Assembly: GCA_965112735.1 (NCBI GenBank)
Contig: OZ218959.1
Span: forward strand, 1,612,001-1,676,000
Source of the DNA: Phaeosaccion multiseriatum
Lineage: Eukaryota; Protista; Ochrophyta, other classes
Direction: 5' to 3'
DNA: 64,000 nt
This document shows, piece by piece, positions 45,786-56,417 of this stretch. How positions within the stretch are numbered: the first letter of the stretch is position 1; the number at the start of each line of letters is the position of its first letter. Below the pieces are notes generated by a model. It had not been told where the DNA came from and searched no databases. It worked only from the letters and a program-made list of their open reading frames with translations. The position numbers and the translations under genes are program-made.

Positions 45786-47948
45786 TGGTGTGTGTATGTG
45801 TAGAGTGTGTGTGCGTGCGTGTGCGTGTGCATGTGCGTGTATGTGTGTGTATTAGCCATGGGCACTCACTGGCTTGAGCTACGTGGGGCACTCTCTGGCT
45901 GGAGGGCTTGAGCTGAGCTTCGCCTCGCTCTGCGGTCCCTACAGCTCCCCCCCCTGGCTGGCCCTTCACCCTCGCGACGTTCGCTTCTTGGTCTTCTGAC
46001 TGGCCGCTTTGCTTTGCTTCTGTCCGTCCGCCTGGCTCATCCCACCATCCCTCCCCCCTCCTCCCCCACCCGTCCCCGGTTGGACTTGTATGTATGACGG
46101 TACGGGAGAGAGCAGAAGGTCATTTCTCAACTAGGACAGGCGCTGAATGAGATCCTTAGCTCACTGGGCCTACTGAGAGACGCCCCCTCCGACGCCGCCT
46201 TCAGTGGCCTCGTCACCTCCCTCCGAGACAAGGCCGAGAAGGCTGCTCAGGGCTACCTGTCCACTGACACGCTTCATGCCGCGGCAGAAAACGCACGGGC
46301 TCTGGCACTTGCGAGGAGCTCTAATGAGGACCTTAAGGTGTGTGTATGTGTGTGTATGTGTGTGTATGTGTGTGTGTATGTGTGTGTTTGCGTGTGTGTA
46401 GGTATTGTGTGAACGTGTCTGTGCGTGCGTGTGTGTATGTGTGCGTGTGTGGGCGGGCGTGCGTGCGTGTGTGTGTGCGTGCGTGTGTGCGTGTATATAT
46501 ATGTGTGTGTATGTGGGTGCGTGCGTGTATGTATGCGTATGTATGTACGTGTGTATGTATGTATGTGTATGTGTGTGTACTCTGATGCCGGCTGCTCTCC
46601 TTACTAGAATAGCAGGGCTGTCCCTAACTTCTCTTTGACACGCTTGATGCACCAAAACACAACACACACACATACACACACACACACACAAACACAAACA
46701 CAAACACAAACACACACACACACAGGTGAAGCTTCATGCTGTGGAGGAGGCGCGATTGAAGGACCTGTCGGGCATGCGCTCTAAGCTCGAGGCACTCCGA
46801 GGAGAGAAGGTGTCGCTGACGGAGAAGATGCGTATCGGGGGCATGGAGCTTGAGAAGATACAAGCAGAGGCCCGGGCCAGCGCAAACACCGCGGGTTAGT
46901 GACGAGATGTCTCGTATGGGCAAATGGATGCGTGGGTCGGTGGGTGGATGGGTCGGTGGGTGGGTGGGTGGGTGGGTGGGTGGGGGCATCCGTACCGATC
47001 CACCCTATTTCACTCACTCGCTCGCACGGTTTCCAATCGACATGTATAATACGTCCAATCCCGTGACGTCAGGAGCGGCGGCGGCGGCGGCAGCAGCTGC
47101 GGCGGCAGCAGCTGCGGCGGCAGCAGCAGCTGCGGCTGAGGCGCGAGCGAACGACGCGGAGAGTCAACGTCGGCACCATCACCACGTTTTGGTGCTACGG
47201 CAGGCAGCCAAGAGCAACCAAGAGCCGCAGCCTGTGGTTCTCGGGGCGCCTCAACGGATGGCGCCTTCCTTCGAAGGACATTCCGTGGACTATGGTGCCA
47301 TCTTTGAAGAGGGTGAGTCCGAGAGGCGTGTGTGTGAGTCAGCAGCACCTGCGACGCCCTTTTCTTCTGCTGCAGACAGACTCATCGTCGGAAGATCACA
47401 GACAGTGACTGTGGGGGGAATGTGTTGACTCATGGGAATTGACCAAAGACTTAAGAATTACGTAATCATATGTTGGTGGTGGGGGGGGGGGGGGGCGACG
47501 CGGGTTGTCAGCTGTGGATGGATGGCAGTGGATGGCTGCGGGCTGGGGCTGGGACTGAGTGCGATTACCAAAACCTAGCTAATGCAGGAGTCCTGAGTGG
47601 GTGGTGGGTGGTGGGAGGTGGGCTTGGAGGCGGGTTCGAGACTCAGAGGGAGCACTCCTCTCGACTCTCTTTGTAACCCTCTCGCCTCTCTCTTTTCAGT
47701 GACCTACCCACCACCGTAACTGTCTTTGCTCTTGAGCTTGACACCTCCACTTCCGTCCGGCCCCTCCCCCTCTCTCCTCCCCTCCTGTACTCCTCCCCTC
47801 CTCGCATCTCCTGCTCCTACCAGGCATGCGAGTGATGAAACAAGGGATGGAGGAGCGGGCCCAGCAGAGCAAGATGGAGCTGGAGAACCTAAGGAAGAGG
47901 AGCGACGAGCGGATACGCCTCATACGAGGCGCCGCCACGACTAATTGA
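43912..47948 (+). CDS. Uncharacterised coiled-coil protein, multi-exon; start uncertain
   Basis: Large first exon to ~45261, then GT-AG-bounded heptad-rich exons ([16 protein letters not shown]..., [14 protein letters not shown]..., final [37 protein letters not shown] at 47948). Confidence 0.6.
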
Positions 47949-47967
47949 ACTCGAACTGTCCAATTCA

Positions 47968-48908
47968 TCGCCCCCGTGCACGCCTAGCGGCCTAGGCTCT
48001 AGGCCGCTAGGCCGCTCGGCCTTATATATAAATAGGCCTAGGCCGGCGGCCTCCGGCCGCTCTAGGCCGCTCACTTTTCAGCCCTAGGCGGCCTATAGCC
48101 CGCCTCTAGGCAGCCTCCCAGTGACCGTGGGCGCGTGCGTGGTGCCGCCCAGCCAGTGGGTAGCAGCACACCTGTAGGCCTGCACTCCTCGTAGGGCCAG
48201 CGAGGCGGAAAGAGACAACACGAACCAAGTCTAGCTACTCCTCACTTATCCCATGCAATACATTTGCTTAAAACTGACGACACTTGGGCGGGTTCCGGGC
48301 CAGCCCAAGCAAGGGCATATGATCGACCCCTGACACGCTATCCGCTAACGCTATCGCCGGCGCCAGCCGGCACGCTATCCGCTATCTCCGGCGCGCTATC
48401 CGCTATCGCCGGCGCAGCCGGCTCGCTATCCGCTATCGCCGGCGCGCAGCCGGCTCGCTATCCGCTATCGCCGGCGCCAGCCGGCGCGCTATCCGCTATC
48501 GCCAGCGTCAGCTGCTACCGCACCGGGGGGGGGGGGGAAGAGCTGGCTGACGCCAGCCGGCGCGCTATCCGCTATCGGCCGGCGCCAGCCGGCACGCTAT
48601 CCGCTATCGGCCGGCGCCAGCCGGCACGCTATCCGCTATTGGCCGGCGGCCGATAGCGCGCTATCGGGCCCGCCGGGGCGCGATAGCGCGCTATCGAGAA
48701 TGTGAGCGATAGCGTGTCAGGGGTCGAATATGAGCATATTCCCGCCCTGGACCTGCGCCTAGTTGGCGTCTGCCCTAGGCCGCGGGCCTCCGGCCCCCGC
48801 CTAGACCGCCGCCTAGGCGGCCTATAAATAGGCCGAGGGCCTACGGCCCTCGCTAGGCCGGGCAATTTTCCGAAATAGGCCTAGGCCGCTAGGCGTGCAC
48901 GGGGGCGA
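47968..48908. mobile_element. Non-autonomous TIR element (MITE family A), 30-bp perfect TIRs, 6-bp TSD AATTCA
   Basis: TIR tcgcccccgtgcacgcctagcggcctaggc at both ends; AATTCA at 47962-47967 and 48909-48914; second copy at 55301. Confidence 0.93.
48323..48727. mobile_element. Nested non-autonomous TIR element (MITE family B), 20-bp TIRs, 6-bp TSD ATATGA
   Basis: TIR tcgacccctgacacgctatc; ATATGA at 48317-48322 and 48728-48733; the empty site (single ATATGA) is seen in the other family-A copy near 55600; internal ~31-bp CGCTATC/CCGGC tandem repeats. Confidence 0.95.
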
Positions 48909-49178
48909 AATTCAAACCAAATGCCATCTGTGACTTGAACGAGGAGGGAGGCCGCGGGGGCGGGTGCTTCTCGCTCCAGTCCCCTCATTCTCCTCTTCGT
49001 TCCTCCTACATATCGTGCCTTGCTCTACATCACACCAAACCGATGTTGGATTAATCCCGCCCAACATCACCGAGGCAACCGTAATATTGGGCGGCTTTCG
49101 GGTTTTTCCGCCCTTCCGCCCCCCCTTTCTTCCTCCTTTGAGGGAGCCGTCCCTGTGTAATCCCCTTTCTCGGATATC

Positions 49179-52100
49179 ATGGTGAGGATATCATCGTCAG
49201 CATCAGAATAGCAGCAGCAACGCGCTAGGGGAAAAGGGGTAGATTTCGCCTTTTCACAAGGGGCAAGGGCCCTTCGGAGGGGCGAGGGTACTCCAGGGGA
49301 GAGAGTCCTTGTGTCTTGGTCTCCCTCTTGCTCTCTACCCTTCTTCGTCCAACCCTCCCTCTTGCTCTTCCTCTCCCTCCTCCCAGTTTCTACCAGGGCC
49401 CTGGGAGAGCATTTCTCAGCTGGTGCTGGAGGACGATCCTGAGCTTCCCGTCGCGATCACGTGCGTCCTTCTGCCTATTGCAGTCCTGGTGCTGCTGATG
49501 TGGGTGGTGCCGTCCCTACCGCCAACCTTGAGCTGCAGGCCAGATGAGCCGTACGAGCCACCGTCGGAGGATGAACACGTACAGGTAGCAAAGATACCGC
49601 TGCGTGGGGAAAGTCTTGTGGTAGTGGGCGTATCCAAGCAGTACGGTCTCCTTCCCGCCTGCCAACTTATAAGTGAAAGTTCCCCCTTTGCTTCTGATGT
49701 CCTCCCCTCCCCCCGTTGTTCCTGATGTGCCATGTGCCCTCCTCCCACTAGATTTGCGAGCTCCGTGTGCACCCCATTAAGTCTTGTGCAGGCACAGTGG
49801 TGAGAGAGGCGGCGCTCACTCCGGAGGGACTGGCCTTCGACCGCCGATGGATGATCATTCAAAGGAACCCAACCAAAGGGTGAGTAATGCGACGATGGAG
49901 CGCTCCTCACTCTCGGCTCCATACTGCTGCTGGTGGTGTTGTTGTTTGCCCCACCCCTTTCTCTTTCCTCTCCTGTGTCCCCTCACCCACTTCTCCTTTT
50001 CCTCTTCCTCCTCTTCCGCCTCCCCCTCCTCACCCTTCTCATTGCTTTCACACGTCGACCAGAGAAGTTTGCAGCCTATACCCCCACCGCACCCGTTCTC
50101 CTCTCGCTCATCGCATATCAAATGACCACCAACCAACGAAGCAGATAACCAACCAACCAAGTACCCAACCAACCAACCATCCAACCAACCAACCAACCAA
50201 CCAAACAGGCAACCATCCAACCAACCAACCAACCAACTAACCAACCAACCAACCAACCAACCAACCAACGAACCACTCCTCTGCAGGACCTACCGCTTCC
50301 TCACACAGCGCCAGAACGCCAAGCTTGCCCACATCAGACCAAAGCTCCCCACCCGGGCCGACCAACCACTCTGCGTGCAGGCTAAGGGCATGCCGGACCT
50401 GCTGGTGCCTGTATTGACAGCGCAAAGCGGCGCCGTGGTGCATGAGCTGCAAGTGTGGGGCGATGACTGTCGAGGGGTGGATCAGGGGGACGAGGCGGCA
50501 GAATGGCTCGCAGATTTCCTGGGTATGCGGCAAAGTAGCAGCGGCTTAGACGGAGGAGGAGGAGGAGGAGGAGGAGGAGGAGGAGGAGGAGGAGGAGGAG
50601 GAGGAGGAGGAGGAGGAGGAGGAGGAGGAGAAGGAGGCTCCCCCCTGGTGCGGCTGGTGCGGATGGATGAGAGGCACAAGCGGATAACAGATGAAAAGTA
50701 CGGCAAAGGTAAGATCACAACAGGACATGGGCGCGAGGGCAAGAGGGGTGTTGGCGCTGTCTGTATATGAAGGGAAGGAAGCAAAGGGGGGCGACAACCT
50801 CCTCCCCTGTACAGGGTGCGTTGTCTGCGTTGTCCCTCCCTTCCTTGCTCTCTTATCACCAGCACGCGCATTCTTACTTACTTGCGCCGCAGGGGTGACG
50901 GCCTTCGCGGACGGGTTCCCCATCTTGCTGGCGGCGAGGGAGAGCCTGGAGGAGCTCAACGCGCGAATCGGGAGAGGCAGCCCCGCCCTCACAATGGACA
51001 GGTTCAGACCAAAGTAAGTCAGCAAAGTCAGCAGCATAGTCTGTAAGCGCAAGCTTCTTCTCTCCTTGTGCCTGCCTGCCTGCCGGCCGGCCGGCCGGCC
51101 ATCCATTCCTGTTCATTTCCATGGACGCTCGAGTGTTGATGGGCGCTGGTGGTGTGGTGCAAAGGCCTACTTGTCCTGCCTCGATACTCTTTCCTGACCC
51201 TCTCCCCTTCCCTCCATCTCACTCGCCCACCCACCCACCCACACCCACACACACACAAATATCTTCTCTCCTCCTCTTGTGTCTCTCTCCTCACCTGTGC
51301 CACACCCCCCCTACCCACCCTCTGCCGCCCCCGGCCCCCACACACGTACGTAATTCTTAGGTTGCTTCCTATATGTCAATAATACGCCTTGCTTGCTCCC
51401 TCCCTACCCTGTTCCTTGCTTCTCCTTGGTTGTGCTCCGTGGCTCGTGCTACACCGCAGCATCGTTGTCAGGGGTGCTGCTCCCTTTGCTGAGGACTCGT
51501 GGACTCGCATCCGCGTCAATGACATAGGAATGGCCGTTGTGAAGCCGTGCTCCAGGTGCAAGATACCCAATATTGATCAGGTAAGATGCCCAACATTGAC
51601 GAGGAACATTAACAGGTACTCTTTCTCTGATGTTTTTGCACGCACACAAAGAGAGAGAGAAAGAGAGGGGGCGAGCGAGAGAGAGGCACAACACGCCTAC
51701 ACGCACATGCGTACACACACCCCCACACATACACACACACACACGCACACACACACACACACACACACCACCCTCCCGAGCATCCTCTCCAACTACCGCC
51801 GCTGTGTTGCCTCACTTGGAATGCCGTTCTGCCAGCCCGCCTAACTCGTGCTGTGTATACGCTCCTTCCTGTTGGCCCCTGCTCCGACAGGTGACTCTGA
51901 AGGCCGAAGCGGAACCAACCAAGACGCTCAAAAACTTTCGGTGAGAGGGAAGAGAAGCCAACATTTTTGGTCGCTGCTTTTTTTTTCTCTTCTCTCTCTA
52001 CTTTCTTGGTCTCGAGATGAGTCGGTCTTTTAGTCGGTGTATTCAATGCTCCTCCACATCTATTGGTTCTCTCACTGTCACCTTCTTTCTCTCCATCGAT

Positions 52101-52428
52101 CGGTGTCTATCTTATCGTTCTCCCCCTCTCCCTCTCTCTCTCTCTCTCGCTCTCACTGTCTCTCTCTTTCAACACGACGGACTTGAACGGCCTCAGCACC
52201 GGGGAGAAGCTCGACTTTGCCCAAGCAAATTGGAAAAATGACGTCTTCTTTGGGCAGAATCTGCTCCTGCGGAGAAGCAAGGGGCACATTCGAGTGGGAG
52301 ACACCTTGACTGTCTTGCGCGTTAAAAAGCCGAAGCAGTGGAGCGCCAGCAGTAGTAGTAGTAGTAGTGGCACCGAAGAAGTAGAAGGAGCAGGCCCGGA
52401 TGCGGTAGAAGGGAAGAAGGCGAAGTGA
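49179..52428 (+). CDS. MOSC-domain molybdenum cofactor protein (mARC-like) with N-terminal membrane anchor, multi-exon
   Basis: [35 protein letters not shown]...[52 protein letters not shown]; first coding exon appears to be only ATG (49179-49181) spliced to 49387. Confidence 0.88.
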
Positions 52429-52812
52429 GCGCAGTCGGTATTTGCCGCATCCCGCCTGACGCAGCCAAGTGCTCCGTGTGTATCGCAGAGTCACAGCTGT
52501 CTTCTAAGCTCGTCGCATCGGCGATGGTCAGATGGGGGCGAGCAAATGACTTTGCCCACCCTGACATGCATACTACGGCATCCTTTGTTGAAAGCCATGC
52601 TACTGTTTCTGGTCCGTGCGTGGGCCCAATCCAATTCCATGATTATCTCCTAAAAGCAATCCGGTACCCGACAATAGCAGATGCTCACACCATGTGTACC
52701 CGTTCGTGCCGAGGGCGACCGTATATACACGCACTCGACGCTCCTGCTCGAGAAGGCTCGGGAAGCTGTGGCTAATGCACGGAAGGATGGAGGCTCTTTC
52801 TCTTACGAAAGC

Positions 52813-53961
52813 CTACTCAGGCCGAGGCAGGGAGAGCGTCGCCTTGTTTCGCCCACTGGCTTCTGGCACAACCTTGCGACCAGACTTGCCAAACGACGAC
52901 TTATGTGGAGGATGGACTGTGGCACGAGTAGCAGTAGCGGTGTAGGAAGAGTCTCGTCGAGTGAAGGCTCCTCGCAAAACGAAGTAGAATACTGTCAACT
53001 CCCAGCACACAATGGACCACCTGCTCGGTATCGTTGCAGCAGAGGGTCGCTCCCGCATCCACGTCTTCCCCGGCTCTGTTAAGGTGGTCACAGTGATGTT
53101 GAGAGATCCCATCCAGAGAAAGCATGTAAAGCCCAGCATTTGCTGACACTGTGTCTTGATCGTACTCAAGTCTGGCGAGAGCGTGGGCATGCTCTTGAAC
53201 ATTCCCAACAGGGAGGTGGTCGCCACAACAATAGCCACACCACATACATTCACGGCGGGCTGCGTAAGAACTCCGATGTACACCATATTCATGTAGCCAG
53301 GATGAATCATGAGGAGTATGGTGGAGAAACATCCCATTATGGCCATGGCTGCAAAGGCAAGCCAAAACCGACTCTCCACAAAGTCCGAAAGCCGGAGTAC
53401 GGCGGGTGAGCGAGACAGGAGGCTCCGCGGTAGGGCAGCCAGCCAAAGTCGAACAACCACCCACCCGTTTAGTATACCGCACCACAACCCCACCATATAT
53501 GAGCCCCAGACCAATGGGGTGTCCATCGGCGCTTTCGCACCATCATCATCATCATCCGCACCAGTACAGAACCAACTGAGGGGGGCAAGCAATGCTGTAG
53601 TGCAATAGCAGAAGCAAACTAGTGCCCCTACCTGTCTGACTTGTGTAACGCCTTTCTTCGTCTCCTGCAGCAGTACCCTCAACCCTCCCTTGCGCCGTAT
53701 GTACCTTCCGAGGACAAACACCACATCGACCAAGTGGACGCCAAGGATGATGAGCATCACCATCTCTGGAGCAGTCAGATACGCCTTGGCTACACAGGCA
53801 CTCTCTCCCACGATATTCTTCTCGTAAAATCCGCCTCCACAGCCGGAGCAAGTCCCCGTAGCTTCATCGCACACTCCTTGGGCCCGGTTCGTGAGGCCAA
53901 AGGTCTCTGCCGCCTCGTCGCGGCACGCCAGCACGCACGCAGACATAACCTCTGCGCTCAT
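52813..53961 (-). CDS. Intronless membrane protein: N-terminal Cys-rich (EGF-like) segment followed by ~6-7 TM helices
   Basis: GVCDEATGTCSGCGGGFY...SAC then repeated hydrophobic helices; ATG at 53961. Confidence 0.6.
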   Translation of the reverse strand: MSAEVMSACVLACRDEAAETFGLTNRAQGVCDEATGTCSGCGGGFYEKNIVGESACVAKAYLTAPEMVMLIILGVHLVDVVFVLGRYIRRKGGLRVLLQETKKGVTQVRQVGALVCFCYCTTALLAPLSWFCTGADDDDDGAKAPMDTPLVWGSYMVGLWCGILNGWVVVRLWLAALPRSLLSRSPAVLRLSDFVESRFWLAFAAMAIMGCFSTILLMIHPGYMNMVYIGVLTQPAVNVCGVAIVVATTSLLGMFKSMPTLSPDLSTIKTQCQQMLGFTCFLWMGSLNITVTTLTEPGKTWMRERPSAATIPSRWSIVCWELTVFYFVLRGAFTRRDSSYTATATRATVHPPHKSSFGKSGRKVVPEASGRNKATLSLPRPE

Positions 53962-54277
53962 GGTAGGAAGTCTCACAGAGAGTCTGCTTGGATCCGCCCT
54001 AGGAAGCCTCACGAGCCGCCTCTCAACTTATCATTATTACGCTGCTAAAGGAGGGTATGAAATGAGAATGGGGGGGGGGTTATACTTTTCAGAAAAAATG
54101 TAACGGCCAACCTTCTTCCTCCTTTCTGATAGTATCGGCTCCAGACTGGCCTAGAAGCCCAAGGGTACTTAAAGAAAACGACCCTTGAGAAGCCTAGGCC
54201 TAGAGACGAAATTCGGCCGGCCTAGGGGGGCCGCAGGCCCCCGGCCTAGGCCTATTTTTGGCGCAGCCCCCCCGGCC

Positions 54278-54467
54278 TCGACCCTGGACAAGATTACGGT
54301 GTGCGCCGGCCGTAACCAGTAATCAGCCCCCGGCCGGCGCAAAATCAGTAATCAGGCCGGCTGGTCACCGGCTGTAAGCAACCAGACCGGCTGGTGCCGG
54401 TCATAATCAGTAACCAGGCCGGCTGCGCCCGCCGAAATCAGAATCAGATGATCTTGTCCAGGGTCGA
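54278..54467. mobile_element. 190-bp MITE (family D), 17-bp TIRs
   Basis: tcgaccctggacaagat ... atcttgtccagggtcga; internal TAATCAG/CCGGC repeats. Confidence 0.88.
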
Positions 54468-55057
54468 CTCCCTCCCTCCCTCCCTCCCTCCCTCCCTCCC
54501 TCCCTCCCTCCCTCCCTCCCTCCCTCCCTCCCTCCCTCCCTCCCTCCCTCCCTCCCTCCCTCCCTCCCTCCCTCCCTCCCTCCCTCCCTCCCTCCCTCCC
54601 TCCCTCCCTCCCTCCCTCCCTCCCTCCCTCCCTCCCTCCCTCCCTCCCTCCCTCCCTCCCTCCCTCCCTCCCTCCCTCCCTCCCTCCCTCCCTCCCTCCC
54701 TCCCTCCCTCCCTCCCTCCCTCCCTCCCTCCCTCCCTCCCTCCCTCCCTCCCTCCCTCCCTCCCTCCCTCCCTCCCTCCCTCCCTCCCTCCCTCCCTCCC
54801 TCCCTCCCTCCCTCCCTCCCTCCCTCCCTCCCTCCCTCCCTCCCTCCCTCCCTCCCTCCCTCCCTCCCTCCCTCCCTCCCTCCCTCCCTCCCTCCCTCCC
54901 TCCCTCCCTCCCTCCCTCCCTCCCTCCCTCCCTCCCTCCCTCCCTCCCTCCCTCCCTCCCTCCCTCCCTCCCTCCCTCCCTCCCTCCCTCCCTCCCTCCC
55001 TCCCTCCCTCCCTCCCTCCCTCCCTCCCTCCCTCCCTCCCTCCCTCCCTTCCTCCCT
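54468..55057 (+). repeat. ~590-bp near-perfect (CCCT)n array (~147 units)
   Basis: Direct reading; a single interruption near 55050. Confidence 0.95.
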
Positions 55058-55207
55058 CCGACCCTGGACAAGATTACGGTGTGCGCCGGCCGTAATCAGG
55101 AAACAGCCCCCGGCTGGCGCATACTCAGTACTCAGGCCGGCTGGCGCCGGTCATAATCAGTAATCAGGCCGGCTGCGCCGGCCGTAATTACTAATCAGAT
55201 AGGTCGA
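55058..55207. mobile_element. Second, direct-orientation, degenerate copy of MITE family D
   Basis: ccgaccctggacaagattacggtgtgcgccggccgtaa matches the 54278 copy; right end shortened but still ends ggtcga. Confidence 0.82.
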
Positions 55208-55300
55208 GGCCTAGGCCTAGAACCGCCGGCCTAGGGAGAAAAAATGGCCGGCCTAGAGCATAGGCTTCTAGGCGAGTCTGGAGCCGAAGAGTCCCATTAA

Positions 55301-55727
55301 TCGGCCCCGTGCACGCCTAGCGGCCTAGACTCTAGGCCGCTAGGCCGCTCGGCCTTATATATAAATAGGCCTAGGCCGGCGGCCTATACCCCGCCTCTAG
55401 GCAGCCTCCCAGTGACCGTGGGCGCGTGCGTGGTGCCGCCCAGCCAGTGGGTAACAGCACACCTGTAGGCCTGCACTCCTCGTAGGGCCAGCGAGGCGGA
55501 AAGAGACAACACGAACCAAGTCTACTCCTCACTTATCCCATGCAATACATTTGCTTAAAACTGACGAAACTTGGGCGGGTTCCGGGCCAGCCCAGGGGCA
55601 TATGAGCATATTCCCGCCCTGGACCTGCGCCTAGTTGGCGTCTGCCCTAGGCCGCGGGCCTCCGGCCCCCGCCAAGGCCGCCGCCTAGGCGGCCTATACA
55701 TAGGCCGAGGGCCTACGGCCCTCGCTA
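55301..55727. mobile_element. 3'-truncated copy of MITE family A lacking the family-B insertion
   Basis: Colinear near-identity with 47968-48855 minus the nested element and a ~40-bp internal deletion; no right TIR. Confidence 0.9.
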
Positions 55728-55827
55728 ATTTTTTTTCCCCCATATATCGGATACTTCAACACGTTACTCTTAGGCACGCGGATGGCACCGAATGCGCCCA
55801 CTCGATCCAAATATCCCATTTTCATTC

Positions 55828-55871
<44 letters not shown>

Positions 55872-56161
55872 ATTCAGCCTGCACAGAGCATACGAGGCGT
55901 TTAATTGAATTCCTTGTCTGCGTCGCATCTGCGATTGTAAAGGAGGAAGGCTGGCCAACGGAGGCCTTTTTTCAGGAGAGAACAACCCATTTTTTTTCCT
56001 TGGAAAGGATGCCTATCCTTCCTCTCGAACAGCAGCGGCTGGAGAAACGGAAGAGGGGGAGAGCTGTGCACTCATCTTCATTCAGAAGCAGCAGCAGCAG
56101 CAGCACCAGCAGCAGCAGGAGCGTCATTAGCAGCAGGGTGTGGGGAGACTCTGTGGGCGTG

Positions 56162-56385
56162 ATGCTACTGGTTCAGTTACTTTTCCTTGCCACCGCTGCT
56201 TCCGCTGCCGCCTCGGCAATAAGCTTGCGCGATTTAAAGGCACAACCATCGCCAGCATCGCTGTCCGATAATACAGATGCTTTGCAACAAAGGAGTGGTC
56301 GGCAGGAGGGGCCTCAGCGGCGGCGCCAGAGAGACGAGGGTGGCAGAACAGTACTTGCGCGCGGGGACCGACAGGCTCCCCAGCA

Positions 56386-56417
<32 letters not shown>

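Larger units (their letters stand above)
54135..55287. mobile_element. Non-autonomous TIR element (family C), 25-bp TIRs with 1 mismatch, containing nested insertions
   Basis: tcggctccagact(g/c)gcctagaagcc at both ends; CCTAGG-rich subterminal repeats; flanks ATAGTA / AGAGTC only partly match. Confidence 0.8.

Noticed and set aside
48340-48640. Regular ~31-bp repeats that superficially resemble a CRISPR array
   Set aside because: No unique spacers and no cas genes; they are internal tandem repeats of MITE B in a eukaryotic genome
47968-48908. Possible Fanzor/omega-RNA or transposase-coding element
   Set aside because: No RuvC, DDE or other recognisable ORF and no supportable RNA structure
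54468-55057. (CCCT)n as an interstitial telomere
   Set aside because: Lacks the TTAGGG/TTTAGGG-type unit; the same tetramer is scattered in many introns
54352-55095. ORFs of (GGRE)n and (PPSL)n, 233-239 aa
   Set aside because: Artefacts of the stop-free (CCCT)n array inside transposon remnants
55571-56161. N-terminal part of the 448-aa ORF 55571-56917
   Set aside because: Starts at a non-ATG codon within MITE A and runs through a (CT)n tract; only the part from ~56162 (or 56008) looks coding
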